A stretch of DNA of 61,142 nucleotides, filler included. It is 11 parts of 11 records of this genome, joined end to end, with 100 filler letters (N's around TTAATTAATTAA, not from the genome) between each part and the next. Parts side by side here need not be neighbours in the genome. Positions count along the whole stretch, not along the records: positions 21,527 to 26,253 come from SRR7504441_2827; positions 26,354 to 29,381 come from SRR7504441_2830; positions 29,482 to 32,763 come from SRR7504441_2831; positions 32,864 to 44,408 come from SRR7504441_2838; 7 more parts are not named here. The stretch is one strand, 5' to 3'. The position numbers and the translations under genes are program-made. Below are positions 24,501 through 36,880 of this stretch, in pieces. The notes below the pieces were generated by a model, which made no database searches, was not told where the DNA came from, and worked only from the letters and a program-made list of their open reading frames with translations. Numbering within the stretch: position 1 is the first letter of the stretch; every line of letters begins with the position of its first letter.

Positions 24501-26253
24501 GCCATCGGGCGCCACCTGAATCAGCTAGCCACTCGAGCAGCCGCTCCAGCTCCTCTGTGCCTGGCACCTGAGACCGCTCGCCAGACCTACCAAACCACCC
24601 ACCCAGAGCGACAGCGCTCCCGTATCCGCAGCCTCCGCCACCGCCCACCCAGCCTCAGGCTCCGCGCCGAGCGCTCTCAGCAACACAGCGGGCACTGGAA
24701 CTCCTGTCAGTCGGGCCAGTTGGGGCCGCACCGTCCTCTCGCTCCAACATGACGGCCAGCGCCTCAGGCAGCGCCGCCGGCTGGGCGGTCTGGCAGCGAG
24801 CTGCCGCGCTGAGCAGAACCCCGCAGACCGCCTCCAGCAGCGCCGGATCGTGCTGCTGCCTGGCGAGCTGAGCGATGGCGCCTAGCAGCAGCCCGGCCGA
24901 TGAGCTTCTCTCAAGCCGCTGCGCCAGCTGCCAGGCAGCGAGCCTACGCACACCCTGCTGCCGCATCCCCCCGGCCGTCCCGCCCCCGAGCAGCTCCTCC
25001 GCGGCCCCAAACCCGCCGGCGCACAGCGCAGCCAACAGGCTGTACGTCAGGTCGGCCTGAGCGTCCATCAGCCCAAATGGTGCCTGCCGCCCGCAGTCAG
25101 ACGGCCCACATGGCCAGTCACCGCAGAAAGGTAGCCCCAGAGCGACTCGCCCGGGGCCCCGAGCAGCCGGTTGCAGTGCTCCACCACCGCGGCCGGACTG
25201 TGGATCTGAAGCCGGTCCAGCACAGCGGCAGCGCGCCGTCGGACAGCACCAAGCAGCTTCGGATAACTTGCAAACCGACGCTCGGCGATTGCCAGCAGCT
25301 GCAGCCAGACATACGGCCCCGGCAGGCCCAGGCACGGCTCCTGCGGGGCCTGCGCGATGGCGCTGTCCAGGCTGTCGAAGAGCAGCAACAGGTCGCTTTC
25401 GGGCAGCATGTGCTCACCCGCCTCCGCCTCCGAGATCACTGCCCAGTCGTCCCTCGAGGCCGGACGGGCCGGCTCGTGCAGGTCCAGCAGCAGCGCCAGC
25501 AGCCCCAGCCCCAGCCCCAGCCGGCCCGGCCGGAGCAGCCCCGCCACCGCCCGTGCTGCGCCCGGCGTGCGTACCAGCTCCCTCAGCAGCTGAACATACC
25601 GCCACTCCGGCCCTGCGTCCACCGCCGCCGCCACCGCCGTCGCCAGCCAGCCGCCCAATCGGCGGCTGGTCTGCTCGGAGCACGGACCGGCCGCCCGATA
25701 GGCCGCGAACAGCGCCAGCACTGCCGGGCCGGCCTTGCCGGGAAGCCTGGCGGCCAGCCAACGGTCGACAGCTAGCGTGGCCAGGTGGCAGGCCGCGGCG
25801 GCTTCCGGGAGGGCACGGGTGGCGGTCCGGCGCAGCTGGGCCTCCTCCACCTTCATCAGCCCCAGGTTGGCTTCGGAGAACAGCGCGGTGCTCCCGATCA
25901 CCTCGGTCTCCACCTGCACCCCATGGACGCAGGTGCCCCCGATCCGCTGCTTGCGCTCCCGGACGTCCCACACCGCCCCCAACGCCCGCTCCAACCGCTC
26001 CACCGCCTCGCCCAGCTCGAACCGGCTGTCGGCCAGCCCGGTGGCCGCCGCCTGGTGCGCGGCCAGAAGCCCTGCCAGCCCCGGGTCCGGCCCGGTCTCC
26101 GGCAGCGGCGAGAGTGGCGCCAGCAGCCCGGCGGTGATCTGCACCAGCGAGCCGTCCGGCGGTGGCTCGAGGCTGCTCATCGCTCCGGCTACCAGCGCTG
26201 CATCGTCGACAGAGGCTGTGAGGGACACCGTCGACTGGTGGCCATTCGTTTCC
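21527..26253 (-). CDS. EPG5: Probable EPG5 (ectopic P-granules autophagy protein 5) homolog, partial, multi-exon
   Basis: Very large helical protein; VWDVRERKQRIGGTCVHGVQV and LRHLYV..SGCSPSCEGP resemble segments I recall as conserved in EPG5; not verified by alignment. Confidence 0.6.
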
Positions 26254-26881
26254 NNNNNNNNNNNNNNNNNNNNNNNNNNNNNNNNNNNNNNNNNNNNTTA
26301 ATTAATTAANNNNNNNNNNNNNNNNNNNNNNNNNNNNNNNNNNNNNNNNNNNNGCCGCTGATCGAGGGTGCCTGGTTCAAGGGTCCTGAAGTGGGAGAGG
26401 AACTCGGGGGTGCGGACGATGAATCCTGGCTCCGACAAGCTGGAGAGGATCCGGATGCCGACGGCCCGGCCGAGCCAAGCAGCCCGAGCAGCCCCGCACC
26501 GTATTGAGTACCGAATCGATTTGTGTTGAGGATTCTTATGCAACTTGGTGCTTCGTTTCATTCCTCCGTTGATGTTAAGCCTACTTCAAATGCGGATGAA
26601 GCGCATGAAGGTGTGCAACATGATTGTGTGAGGATGCAAAGCACCGGATTCACGGATGTATACATGTAATGTTACGTACTAAGTTTGAATAAAGTTTTCA
26701 ACATGTTAAATACCTCTTAGCCCTCTATTCCGAGGAAGCTTAAACGAGTCTAAACTACGGCGTGTGAGGTTTCAACTCGAGCTGAGGTCCACGGATGAAT
26801 TCACTTACATGTAACTTATTAATACGCACATGTATGGGTATCGTACAGAAGGAGCGGGTCCGGAGGAGCTTGCTGGTCGTG

Positions 26882-28399
26882 CTACTTGGGCGCGATCCGC
26901 ACTGTGACGAGCGACGCCGCTGCTGCAGCGGCTTCACTAGACGCTGAGATACAAAGCTTGTTGGCGTGGCCGGGACAGACTGCGTAGCTAAAGGCGTTTG
27001 CCGGGCCAAGCAGCTCGACGGCATACCCTCGCGGGTACCGGTACGGCGGCAGGAAGATCTCCGTGGGCGCCGTAACGGCAAAGTCCGGCTCGAAGGTCAA
27101 CGTGAAGTTGCCGCCGCTAGCATCAAAGTTCATCTCCATGGGTGTCCCAGCGACCGCCTGGGCATACGGGCGCACCATGTTGAGGATGCAGAATCCGCCA
27201 GCCTTACAATTAGCCTCGGCGCCCGTGGCCGGGTTCTCTTTTCCAAAGAAGCTCAGATCCCAGTGTGTCCAGCTCTGGAACTGCCGGTCGGACTCCGCGA
27301 GCACCCACTCTCCTTCCACGGTATCGCCGCCGTTTGGGTCGACCTGCCTCGGCGTGAAGTTGACGCCGCCCCATTCCGTCATGAAGCTGGCGCCGCCGAT
27401 GTGTGCCATCGTCTCCTGCACGCTCTTGAAGACCTTGGGCCCCAGCCCCTCTTCGCAGGCCTTTTTGAGCAGCGGTGAAAGAGGGGCGGTGCTGTTCTTA
27501 GGCGAGTCTAGCCGGCAGTAGTAGTGGAAGGAGAAGGCAGACCGGTTGGCGTAGGCAGGGCCGCCGGGGATGTGCGAGAACCCGGAGCCGAGCAGCTTGT
27601 TGGACCATACCATGCCCCAAGTCACCGGCTCAAACATGATAATCGTGGCATTGTCCTCGCCCCGGATGGCGGCACTGACTACATCGTAGCTCGGCATCAG
27701 AGAGTGCGACCCTGCGTAGGCCGGGTCTAGCAGTAACGGATTCGAGTAGATGTCGCCCGCAAACGGCTCGTTCAGCAGTTCGTAGGCGAGCACCGCCTTG
27801 ACTTCCCGGAACGATGACGCGAAGGTGCGCCACGCGTCGGCCCACGCGGTGAGCCCGCCATGCCGGTTCTTGTAGATATCCTCGAAGATCTGATCCGTCG
27901 CGGGGTCGAGGTCGCCGCTTTTGCCATCCCACGGGCGCCGAAACTCGGTCCGGTTGGCGAGCCATCGAGGCATGCCATCATAAGCCCCGACCCGGGACGA
28001 CAAGCCATCTTGGTGCATGTCGAGGATGGCATAGGCCCCGGCCCGGCCGATCGCCTCCGTCACGTTCAGCAGCGCTGCCAGATATCGGGTGTCCGTTACG
28101 TTGGGCTCCGGCTGCAGCGCCGCCCACTCGGCACCAATCCGGAACGCGTTGAACCCAAACTGGTTGACTAGCCAGTCCAGCTCGCGCCCGTTGTGCACCA
28201 GCGTCTGTGGGAGGTAGTTGGACCCATCGAACGGCCCAACCCGCTGGGTCTCGTCGCCGGCGTCGCAGAATCCGTGGAACAGCCGAATGCGGCCGGCCTG
28301 GTCGATGAAATGCCGGCCGGAGACAGAGATCCGGTCCAGATCCTCCTGGCCTGCAGCGCCGGCAACAAGGAGGAGGAGCAGGACTGCGGCGGCTGCCAT
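26882..28399 (-). CDS. Secreted GH5 endoglycoceramidase-like glycoside hydrolase, intronless
   Basis: Signal peptide MAAAAVLLLLL; FIDQAGRIRLFHG, GFNAFRIG, ILDMHQD, YELLNEP (acid/base), SFHYY, FMTEWG (nucleophile), RPYAQAVAGTP, TEIFLP. Confidence 0.9.
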   Translation of the reverse strand: MAAAAVLLLLLVAGAAGQEDLDRISVSGRHFIDQAGRIRLFHGFCDAGDETQRVGPFDGSNYLPQTLVHNGRELDWLVNQFGFNAFRIGAEWAALQPEPNVTDTRYLAALLNVTEAIGRAGAYAILDMHQDGLSSRVGAYDGMPRWLANRTEFRRPWDGKSGDLDPATDQIFEDIYKNRHGGLTAWADAWRTFASSFREVKAVLAYELLNEPFAGDIYSNPLLLDPAYAGSHSLMPSYDVVSAAIRGEDNATIIMFEPVTWGMVWSNKLLGSGFSHIPGGPAYANRSAFSFHYYCRLDSPKNSTAPLSPLLKKACEEGLGPKVFKSVQETMAHIGGASFMTEWGGVNFTPRQVDPNGGDTVEGEWVLAESDRQFQSWTHWDLSFFGKENPATGAEANCKAGGFCILNMVRPYAQAVAGTPMEMNFDASGGNFTLTFEPDFAVTAPTEIFLPPYRYPRGYAVELLGPANAFSYAVCPGHANKLCISASSEAAAAAASLVTVRIAPK

Positions 28400-28519
28400 C
28401 GTTGGCAGACGTAGTCCGGGTGTAGAGGACGGTGCTACTGAATCGACCACACGGGACACACGGAGCGAAATTCCGTTATGACAAGCCGAAGGGCAGTTGC
28501 CCAGTTGCCGGCCGCAGAG

Positions 28520-29381
28520 ATGGGTAACCAGCCGGGCGGCGAGCAAGGGGCGCCACCGGATCAGGAACCGACGATGGCGTCGGCGCTCGATCAGAACATC
28601 ACCCGGGTTGCTACCACGTACAAGAGGGAGACCGAGCAGGAGGCGGAGGCCGCCGCGCAGTACCGAGAAGGCCTGATCGAAAGCAACCCGCAGACCAACT
28701 ACAAGTACGGCCGCAAGCTGGGCGAGGGCGGGTTCGGAGTTGTGATTGAGGCGACGCGCAAGTCGGACGGGGTGACGTTCGCGATGAAGGAGATCAACAA
28801 GGGGAACGCAGCGGTGAAGGACAGCTACCTGGCCCGGGAGATCGGGCTTATGGTGCAGTGCAAGCATAAGAACCTGATCAAGATCGAGGAGACATACTTC
28901 CACCGGAACCGGCTGTACATCATCATGGAGCTGGTCCCCATGCCTGGGCCCAACATCGCGCCCGATCTGTTCAGCTGGCTCACCGAGGACGCGCCAGGCT
29001 GTTTAGGGTTCGCGAACGCAGCCACCGAGCACCAGGTCGCGGTGATAGTCAAGCTGGTGGCCGAGGCGATCAGCTACCTGAACACCGAGCTGCAGGCCAT
29101 CCACCGGGACCTCAAGCCGGAGAACGTGCTGGTCGGGCCAGACGGGATCGAGAATCTGAAGGTGACGGACTTTGGACTGGCTCGGATGGGCGTGATGGAC
29201 GGCCAAGCGCAGCAGTTTACGTTCAAGGCCGGGACCGAGGGGTACATGGCCCCGGAGGTGGTCAACCGGCAGGAGGCCGTGGACGGCAAGGTGAGCTACG
29301 GCTCTGAGCCTTTCAAAGTTGATGTTTTCTCGCTCGGAGTGATTATGTTCATCTGCCTCTGCAAGACTCCGCCGTTCGGAG
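28520..29381 (+). CDS. Ser/Thr protein kinase (CAMK-like), putatively myristoylated (MGNQ), 3'-partial
   Basis: LGEGGFG, FAMK, IHRDLKPEN, DFG, YMAPE, VDVFSLGVI. Confidence 0.93.
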
Positions 29382-30094
29382 NNNNNNNNNNNNNNNNNNN
29401 NNNNNNNNNNNNNNNNNNNNNNNNNTTAATTAATTAANNNNNNNNNNNNNNNNNNNNNNNNNNNNNNNNNNNNNNNNNNNNAGCCAAGGCCAAGCTGCAG
29501 GCCATGGAGCCTGCGCCCTGGGAGAAGGTGCCCTGAGCCCGGCGGTTTGGTGATCCGCGTGGCAGAGCTCGTACACGCCGGAGCGGCGCAAGCTGTTCTC
29601 GTCGGCGCCGCAACTCCATCTGAACGAAGGGCCAAAGGGTCGGAATGGGGATCGGAGCTCGGCCCTCAAGAAGCAAATCGCGCGGCAAAGAGCGCATCTT
29701 GAGACATTGAAAAGGGGCCGGTAGGACGGGCGTGATGCGCCACCGCGAGTCATTTTTCGCAATACTAACAACAGTATTTTACTTGTGCAGCTGCGCTTAT
29801 TACAATCATGTACTCGTAGGCGTACATGTATCGTAGGCGCTTATAATACAATCATGTAGCGCTTATACATACTTGATTCCTGATACAACCGCAATTCCTC
29901 AGTCTCGAGAATTTGCTAAAGATTTCATTGATCAAGATGATTGTTAGTGCGCAAGAGCCGGCACAATTGACAGGCTAAAAATGAGCATTCAAACTTTGGC
30001 AACCGTCAATTGCAAGCATTGTCGTCTGCCGCTCAAACCGCCTACAAACGCCGTTGGATTCGGTTGTGTGGATTCCGGAATAAACCAGCGTCGT

Positions 30095-30814
30095 TCACCA
30101 CCACGGGCTGCCCCCCGCCACCACGGGCACCTCAATCTCGAGCTCGGAGCCCGGCGCCACCACACAACCGGCTCGTATCACGTCGCCGGGCACAACCGGC
30201 CCCACCCCTTCGGGCGTGCCCGTCAGCACCAGATCGCCAGGCTCGAGCGTGTGCACGGCGCTAATCGCAGCGATGCAGCGCGGGATATCAAAGATCATCG
30301 CGCCTGGGCTGCCGTGCTGACGTTGCTCTCCATTGACTGTAAGCCACATCTCGAGCTGCCGGTAGTCCTCCACTAGCCCGGCTGGAATCAGCTGGTCGCT
30401 CACCGGGCACGAGCTGTCCCAGCCCTTGGCCGCCGTCCACGGCTTACCGGCCGCTTTTGCCTCGGCCTGGCCGGTGCGGTCTGTCATGTCGAGAGCTAGA
30501 CAATACCCCGACACGTGGCTCATCGCACGCTCGGCCGACACTCGACGCGCCCGGCGCCCGATCACCACGCCCAGCTCGAGCTCGTGGTGCGACTCGTCCC
30601 GGCCCGGGGGGCACTCGTGCGGCGCCCCGCCCCCGGAGAGGGCCGAGGGCGGTTTAAGGAACCAGAATGGCTTGGAGGGCACCTTGTTGTTGAGCTCGTG
30701 CGCGTGGGCGGCGTAGTTGCGCCCTATGCACACAATCTTCCCGACGCTGCCCTGCCACCATAGAGCATCTGCCGCGGTGCACACGCTCCTGCTGATGCTG
30801 GGTGTTCTCCACAT
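30095..30814 (-). CDS. FAHD1: Fumarylacetoacetate hydrolase family protein (FAHD1-like)
   Basis: KIVCIGRNYAAHAHEL, FLKP, HHELELGVVIG, YCLALDMTDR, PWTAAKGWD, TLEPGDLVLTGTPEGVGPV. Confidence 0.9.
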   Translation of the reverse strand: MWRTPSISRSVCTAADALWWQGSVGKIVCIGRNYAAHAHELNNKVPSKPFWFLKPPSALSGGGAPHECPPGRDESHHELELGVVIGRRARRVSAERAMSHVSGYCLALDMTDRTGQAEAKAAGKPWTAAKGWDSSCPVSDQLIPAGLVEDYRQLEMWLTVNGEQRQHGSPGAMIFDIPRCIAAISAVHTLEPGDLVLTGTPEGVGPVVPGDVIRAGCVVAPGSELEIEVPVVAGGSPWW

Positions 30815-30915
30815 CCTAGCCGCCACTAGCCCCCCTGCCAGTGTGTGGGCATCGATGCCGTTATTTTTTGGTTTTGCCGAGACTCGTGAGTGCGCAGGTG
30901 GGCAGAGGGGGGGCG

Positions 30916-31990
30916 ATGTTCTCGCCGAGCACGGCCGTGAGCCTGTCGATGAGCCCGACCCGCGGTCCGGGCTCGCTCAGCTTCTCGGCGCTCGAGCTGC
31001 AGGTCCCCCTCCCCTGGCAACCGCTCAGCTCCCTGGCGCAGGACGCGGCCACCATCGCGTTCGCCGCCGAGCTGCACGCGGTGCGCTGGGGCGCCGGGAT
31101 GTGCGTGGCGGCCCGGGTGGCCCGCCGACTGTCATTCGAGAACTGCCGCGGTCCGTTGGTGGCCTGGCTGAGCAGGTGACTGCCCGGAGGTGGGGGGCCC
31201 AGCCTCCAACGGCAGGATGGCGTCCGAGTGCCAGTGCGCGCGGCGGGCGTGTAGCCACATCTCGCTGGCGGTGGAGCAGATGGTGCTACAGGCAGCCCCG
31301 GACGCCCCAGGGTTCCGTTACATTCCGTTGGCAGGTGAGCGAGCAGCAGGCGTTGATCGTGGCCCTGCAGCAGCAGATCGTGGGGGGAGATGTGGAGTTG
31401 AACGGCGAGGCAGCTTCGATCCGCAAGGAGTGCGCGGTCCGGGCGATGGCGTGCTGGCAGGGGCACGTGGGCCGCAACCCGCTAAAGCTCGCGACAGAAG
31501 CGATGAAGCGGGGAGTCTCATCCCACCACGTGCGGGTGCGTGCAGGCGGCGCGAGCCAGCGGGCAGGTGGAGAGGGCTGGGGCTAGCGAGGCTAAGCAGG
31601 CCGAGATGGAGGCCAAGCTTGCGGAGATCCTGGAGGAGTGCAGCAAGATCAAAGAGCGGCTTAAAGTGGCCGAGAATGCAGCAGTCCAGAACGCGGAACT
31701 AGAGCGGAATCTTGAGCAGATTGTTGACAAACAGCGCGAGCGTGAGGCCTCGAGCGAGGTGCCGGCCGCTCAGCAGGGAGGGGGGGAATCGGGGGCAGGG
31801 CGACGCGTCGGAGCTGATGGCGCGGCTGCTGGCGGCTGAGGCTCAGAACAAGGAGTTGACTGGCGAGTTGTGGAGAGCCAAGGCGTATGCAAAGTTCGGA
31901 CTGCTGTTCGAGCATCTCAACTTTTTCGAGGTGGAGCTGGTCAGCTGGTCGATCAGTCGGTGGCGCTTCAACAAACGCCACCGCTTTTAA
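30916..31990 (+). CDS. Hypothetical coiled-coil protein, multi-exon
   Basis: Coiled-coil exons (AEMEAKLAEILEECSKIKERL; LMARLLAAEAQNKEL) separated by short introns. Confidence 0.45.
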
Positions 31991-32138
31991 TATATAAGTA
32001 CTGTGCTGGCGACAACACGAAGATTTAATTTAACACAATCGAGCCGGGCAAGACATAATAATAAATCAAATATTTGACAAATGAGAGCATGCCCGCCCTA
32101 GTTCACTAACTATACTCGATTCCAGCTCCGTGTGATTG

Positions 32139-32763
32139 CTAGCTGAAGGCGAGCAGCTCGAAGGGATTGCTAGTTTTGACAATACCCGGCTCCTCCGCCC
32201 GACGCTTGGTTGGCCGCTCGGCCTGCTCGGCCTGCTCCCGACAGACGGTTCGCAGGATGAACTGCAGCACAGACTCGTCTGCTGCCAGCCCGTCGACCTT
32301 CGCCCTGCCGTTGACCACGTTCTCCTTGAAGGCCGCCTGCCGCCGGCCGACCGCCCGCTGCTGGCTTTGCAGGTTCTGCGGCTTGTGCGCGCTCCGGGGT
32401 CGATAGTCCTCAGGCACCCGGCCGTAGTCCCTGCGGCGCCTGTGAGACCCCCCGGGGGGCGGGCGGGCGCACTCTTGATATTGGTTCCACAGCTTATCTT
32501 TACTCACCCTGCGCCCAGCAGTGAGCCAGCGCCCCCGCGGCGAGGGGCACTTGAGCCGACGGAGCAGCCACTCGAGGAACGCGATGTCCGCAATCCCCTC
32601 GCATCCGCGCAGCTTGCCTCCAATCACCAATCCGCCGAGCTCCCGCCGCCGCTTGCGTTCTTTCCGTTTCTGGTGCGGGCCCGGCTTGCACGCCGCCGCC
32701 GGCTCCGTCGCTGGGGCACCCTCCTCGCCCGCCCGCTTTTTGGGCCGAGCCGTCGGCTTGCTG
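32139..32763 (-). CDS. Hypothetical protein, 5'-partial
   Basis: Open minus-strand frame running from the contig edge to ..TSNPFELLAFS stop; no domain recognised. Confidence 0.35.
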
Positions 32764-33093
32764 NNNNNNNNNNNNNNNNNNNNNNNNNNNNNNNNNNNNN
32801 NNNNNNNTTAATTAATTAANNNNNNNNNNNNNNNNNNNNNNNNNNNNNNNNNNNNNNNNNNNNAGATTCCGGCTTTCTGCTGAACTCACAATACCGGCTC
32901 GGACGTTGAGCTTACTGAAAGTTGAAGTTGACGGAGTACGTACTCGAGCTGGGCGGCTGGGCACATTACACAATCATGGTTTGGTAGGAATTTACACATG
33001 AATGACTACAGAATGACTAGACAAGGCATCTGTCAAGCACCCGTGCGCGGACTAGATATGTGTCTCTGGGAAGTAGTGAGTTGGATTCATGAG

Positions 33094-34063
33094 CTAGTAG
33101 TTGCTACGAGCCGGATGGCGCAGTCCCAGGATCGCGCCGCTTGCGGTGCTTGCGTTGATGCCCTCCGAGTCTGTGGCCTCGAAGAAGGTGTACGAGAGCG
33201 TGACGTCGTTGATCCCGTGCATCTCCTTGTCGTCCAGCAGCTCCGGGTCCATGTAGAACAGCACCGGCATGTCCACGTCCTGCACCGCCTCCGAGCGGCA
33301 CCGAGCACACCGGCACCTCCCCGCTCTGCAGCCGCTGCTCCTCGAAGCAGAAGCACTGGATCTTCTTAAAGTGCCGGCCAGCCTGCCACAGGTTGCACCC
33401 CGCACCGCGGCCCGCTACCTGCACGGGTGTGACGCTGTAGGTCGCCATCCCAACCACTGGCTTATCCGCGCTGCCCAGCCGTCGGCGCCACGCCGGCGCC
33501 GTCCGCACCGGTTCTTGGCGTTGTAGAAGGCCAGTGAGCTCTTGCCGGGTATCACCCGCACCGCGCGCTGGAGCGGCTTGAACTTCCACTCCAGTTTATC
33601 GTTCGATCCGGCGTCGAACCGGATAAGCATCTCGCGCTCAGCGCACCGCTCGTCCACAGTCAGCTGCCCCCGGGTTGGACCCCCTCCAGGGCTGGGCCGG
33701 GCTCGCCTCCTTGAGCCGGTCGGCCGCCTCCTGCTGGCTGACCAGATCGTACCCAGTGGCCTGCAGCCAGCTCAGCCGCGCCGCACAGCGGGAGCGCCTG
33801 GCAGAACATCTTGTAGAGCGGGACCGCCAAGTACGAGGCGGCCAGGGTGGCCATCCCGACCGTGGCGCCCCAGTAGGCGATGTTCAGGTTGGACTGCCGC
33901 TGGGCCTCCGCCCGGGCTGCCGCCCAGCTCAGCCGACCACCGGGCCTTGTGCACCGTTGGAGCTGCACTGCCGCGCCGCGCATGCCCCGCCGAGCCTCCA
34001 GCCAGGGGCTGCGCCCTGCCTGGCTCCGGCGCGCACCAGCAGAGCAGCGCGAGCGGCCTGCAT
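33094..34063 (-). CDS. COX11: Cytochrome c oxidase copper chaperone COX11, multi-exon
   Basis: SYLAVPLYKMFCQ|ATGY, LEWKFKPLQ, AFYNAKN, GMATYSVTP, FKKIQCFCFEEQRL, DMPVLFYMDPE, TLSYTFF, joined by 36-38 nt introns. Confidence 0.95.
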
Positions 34064-34235
34064 CGAGGACCCGCTTCGCTCTGACGAAGACCTCACCTCG
34101 TTCCGTTGTAACCGACCCGGCCGCCGGAGAGACACACAAGGTGCGAGCGCGGGTAGTGCGGTTGCTCTGGGTCGAGGGTAGTTCCGGGGGCCCGAGGCGC
34201 CAGGCTGAGCCGGGCGCAGGGGACACCGCCAACCA

Positions 34236-34433
34236 ATGGAGGCCCAGCCCAAGGCACGGGAGCGCAAGAATAGTAAAAAGAAGGTGGCCGACATAGCCGA
34301 GCCGCCTGCACCGCCAAAGGACTGGGGCATCACCCCGGCCAAACCGCCGATGCCCGAGGTCGACCACGTGGGCCAGAGCCAGATTGGGATGGCGGAGGAT
34401 AAGCCGTGCTGTGCGGCGTGCGTGCTCTGCTAG
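34236..34433 (+). CDS. Small protein with C-terminal CaaX-like Cys cluster (CCAACVLC)
   Basis: 65-aa ATG-initiated ORF, basic and Pro-rich, divergent from COX11. Confidence 0.45.
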   Translation: MEAQPKARERKNSKKKVADIAEPPAPPKDWGITPAKPPMPEVDHVGQSQIGMAEDKPCCAACVLC

Positions 34434-35022
34434 CTGGACGGGCCAGCAGGCTGCGGGCTCCTTACGCTGTGCCGCATAGGCCGGTGCACGCTGTGGCCGA
34501 ACAGTTGTGGCCAATGCCGCCCAATAAACACCAAACGTAATGCGCTGTGCTCAGCCTGAGCCATGCTTGGTGCAGCACTTGGTCGGCGTAAGAGCGCACC
34601 AACGAAAGGTGATCAATTCCAATAGCCTGCACTTTCGTTGTCCCGGGTGAACATACATAAACAAAATGCGCGCCAGCTTGTCGAAGTTGCACCTGCCGAC
34701 TGCACCCCAAAGTGCTCAGTGCGACAATCCGATGGTGCTTTGATCATCGAGGCGATTGAGGCCGCGGTTTGCAAAGAAGCCTTCGAAGCTCTACCGGTAT
34801 GAGAGGTACTACGCTGAGGCATTCGCCAATAGGCCGACCAAGATCGTCTGATTTCCCACGAGAGCACCAGATATTGCCTCGTGCAAGTGTGTGGCTACAG
34901 TATTAACCTCGTAACCTTGAGCATCGCGACGTGCGCCTCAGTTGCCAGCAGCAGCTCATCATCATTTTCGAGAACGCTCGCACGGTAGCACACCGCGCGG
35001 AGTACACAGCCAGGACAGCGCA

Positions 35023-36297
35023 ATGATCAAGATATCCAACGCCAGCTACGAGGCGTTTGTGAGCGCCTCCTCCGGAGCCGTTGGAGCTGCTGTGGCTACC
35101 GCGGCCCTGTACCCGTTCGATCGAGTCAAGGTTGCACTGCACAAAGCCCCGGAGCCGGTGCCGGTCGGGCTGACAGCCGGCCGAGTTGGCTGGGCAGGGC
35201 GAGCAGCCGTACAAGTCGGGCACCGAGGCCTTCCTGGCCATCATGGCCCGGGACGGACCAAGCGGTGGCCCTGTGGCCTGGTGGCGGCGAGCGGGCGGCA
35301 GGCCTGCTCCAGGGTGGCGGCTCGAAGACGCTGCAGGCGACGGTGCAGCGGTTCATTTACTTTTATTCGTACAGGTTCTTCATGGACAAGTGGGTCAAGC
35401 AGTTTGGGGCCCCGGTGGGCACGCTAGCCAACCTGTTCATCGGGTACATCAGCGGACTGGTCCAGACCGGCTTCACGCTGCCGATCGAAGTGGCAAACAC
35501 CAAGTGCACCGCCTCCGGCAAGTCGTTCGGCCGGGTGCTCGCCGAGACCATCCAGACCGACGGGCTGGCCGGGCTGTTCCGCGGGCTGGTCGCCTCGATT
35601 GTGCTGTGCATCAACCCGGCGATCCAGTACACTGCGGGAGAGCAGCTCCGTGGAATCCTGCTCCGCGCCACCGGGCGAGACCCCCTGAACAGCAAGCTCT
35701 CGCTCGGGGCAGTTGAGGCGTTCGTGCTCGGGGCGTTGGCCAAGATTCTGAGCACGATCACCACCTTCCCTCTGATTCGGGCCAAAATCATGATGCAGAC
35801 CACCAAAAAGCAGGCAGGCGCCCGAGTGGAGGAAGAGTTGGAGCGATTCGCCAGACAAAGCTTCGCGCAGGCCGACAAGAACAGTAACGGCAGCTTGACC
35901 AAGAGCGAGCTCAAGCGCTGGCTGCAACGGCACCCGCAGGCCAACCAGAGCCTGGGCGGGGCGAGCTGGCAGGAGCTGTTTGCGAGTGTTGACGAGGATG
36001 GCGACGGGCAGTTCAGCCTTGCTGAGTGGACTGCGTTCGTCAAGTCCAAGGCTGTGGCACCAGTCCCAGCAGGGATGATGGAGATTTTAGGCTACATCGT
36101 CGAGCATGAGGGGAGCGTGGGCCTGTTCAAAGGACTCAATACACAGCTCACCAAAGGCGTTCTAAACGCTGCGCTGATGAAGATGATCCAAGAGAGACTC
36201 AACGGTGGCATGATTGCCAGCGCCATCCGTTCTAATCCGTGTGCGTGCAGGGGCCACCCGAGCAGGGCTCAACACTGTCTTTGACCGGTCCCGTTGA
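35023..36297 (+). CDS. SLC25 carrier (peroxisomal adenine nucleotide/PMP34-like) with an internal EF-hand pair
   Basis: Three carrier motifs YPFDRVK, LPIEVAN and FPLIRAK; EG..GLF[RK]G segments; LCINPAIQY typical of peroxisomal carriers; EF loops DKNSNGSLTKSE and DEDGDGQFSLAE; three short introns. Confidence 0.88.
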
Positions 36298-36880
36298 ACA
36301 ACACACGAGTAGCTCGTGCAGACAAGCCAACGGCCGTTCATCACGACAAGACAATGCCGATATGCTCATGCCTTTTGTCTATCTTTTGTCTGAGTGTGTC
36401 CCTTACAACGAGCTCGCACCTAGCTAGCAACTAGCCCAAAACTAGAGTCAGCAATGCCAACGATAAAAGAGTCCACAAGACTAGACTAGAGAGTGTTTAT
36501 TATGATGACACTCGACAAACTTACAATGACAAATCCCAAGGCCAAGGCCTCATTCGAGGTGCTCGAGCAATCGCAGAAGGCTATCCACGCTAGAACAGCC
36601 TTTTGTTCGGAATTGCAGTGCAAGTGACAGGAGCGCATGCTACTTTGCAGCATGTGACGAGAGTAGGTTAAGGTGGGGCTGGGGCCCTTTTTGCTCAGAC
36701 TACAGCCCATCACTCAAGGACACTGAAACTGCTGGTACTTGGAGATGACTGGAAATGCTGGTAATCTGACTAAGGTGTGACTCTTCTGCTGTAGGGGGGC
36801 TGGGTTTAGACTCTGACTATTTGGGGATTGGGAAGTTTCACTAGTGTTTGGCAAGTTTGGATTTTTCTTTTGGAGCTTTC

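Noticed and set aside
24900-26301. Long plus-strand Pro/Arg/Ala-rich ORFs, and similar ones throughout the track
   Set aside because: They are shadow frames caused by high GC content opposite real genes.
28399-28903. Long N-terminal extension of the GH5 ORF overlapping the kinase
   Set aside because: It is the antisense shadow of the kinase CDS; the likely start is the signal-peptide ATG at 28399.
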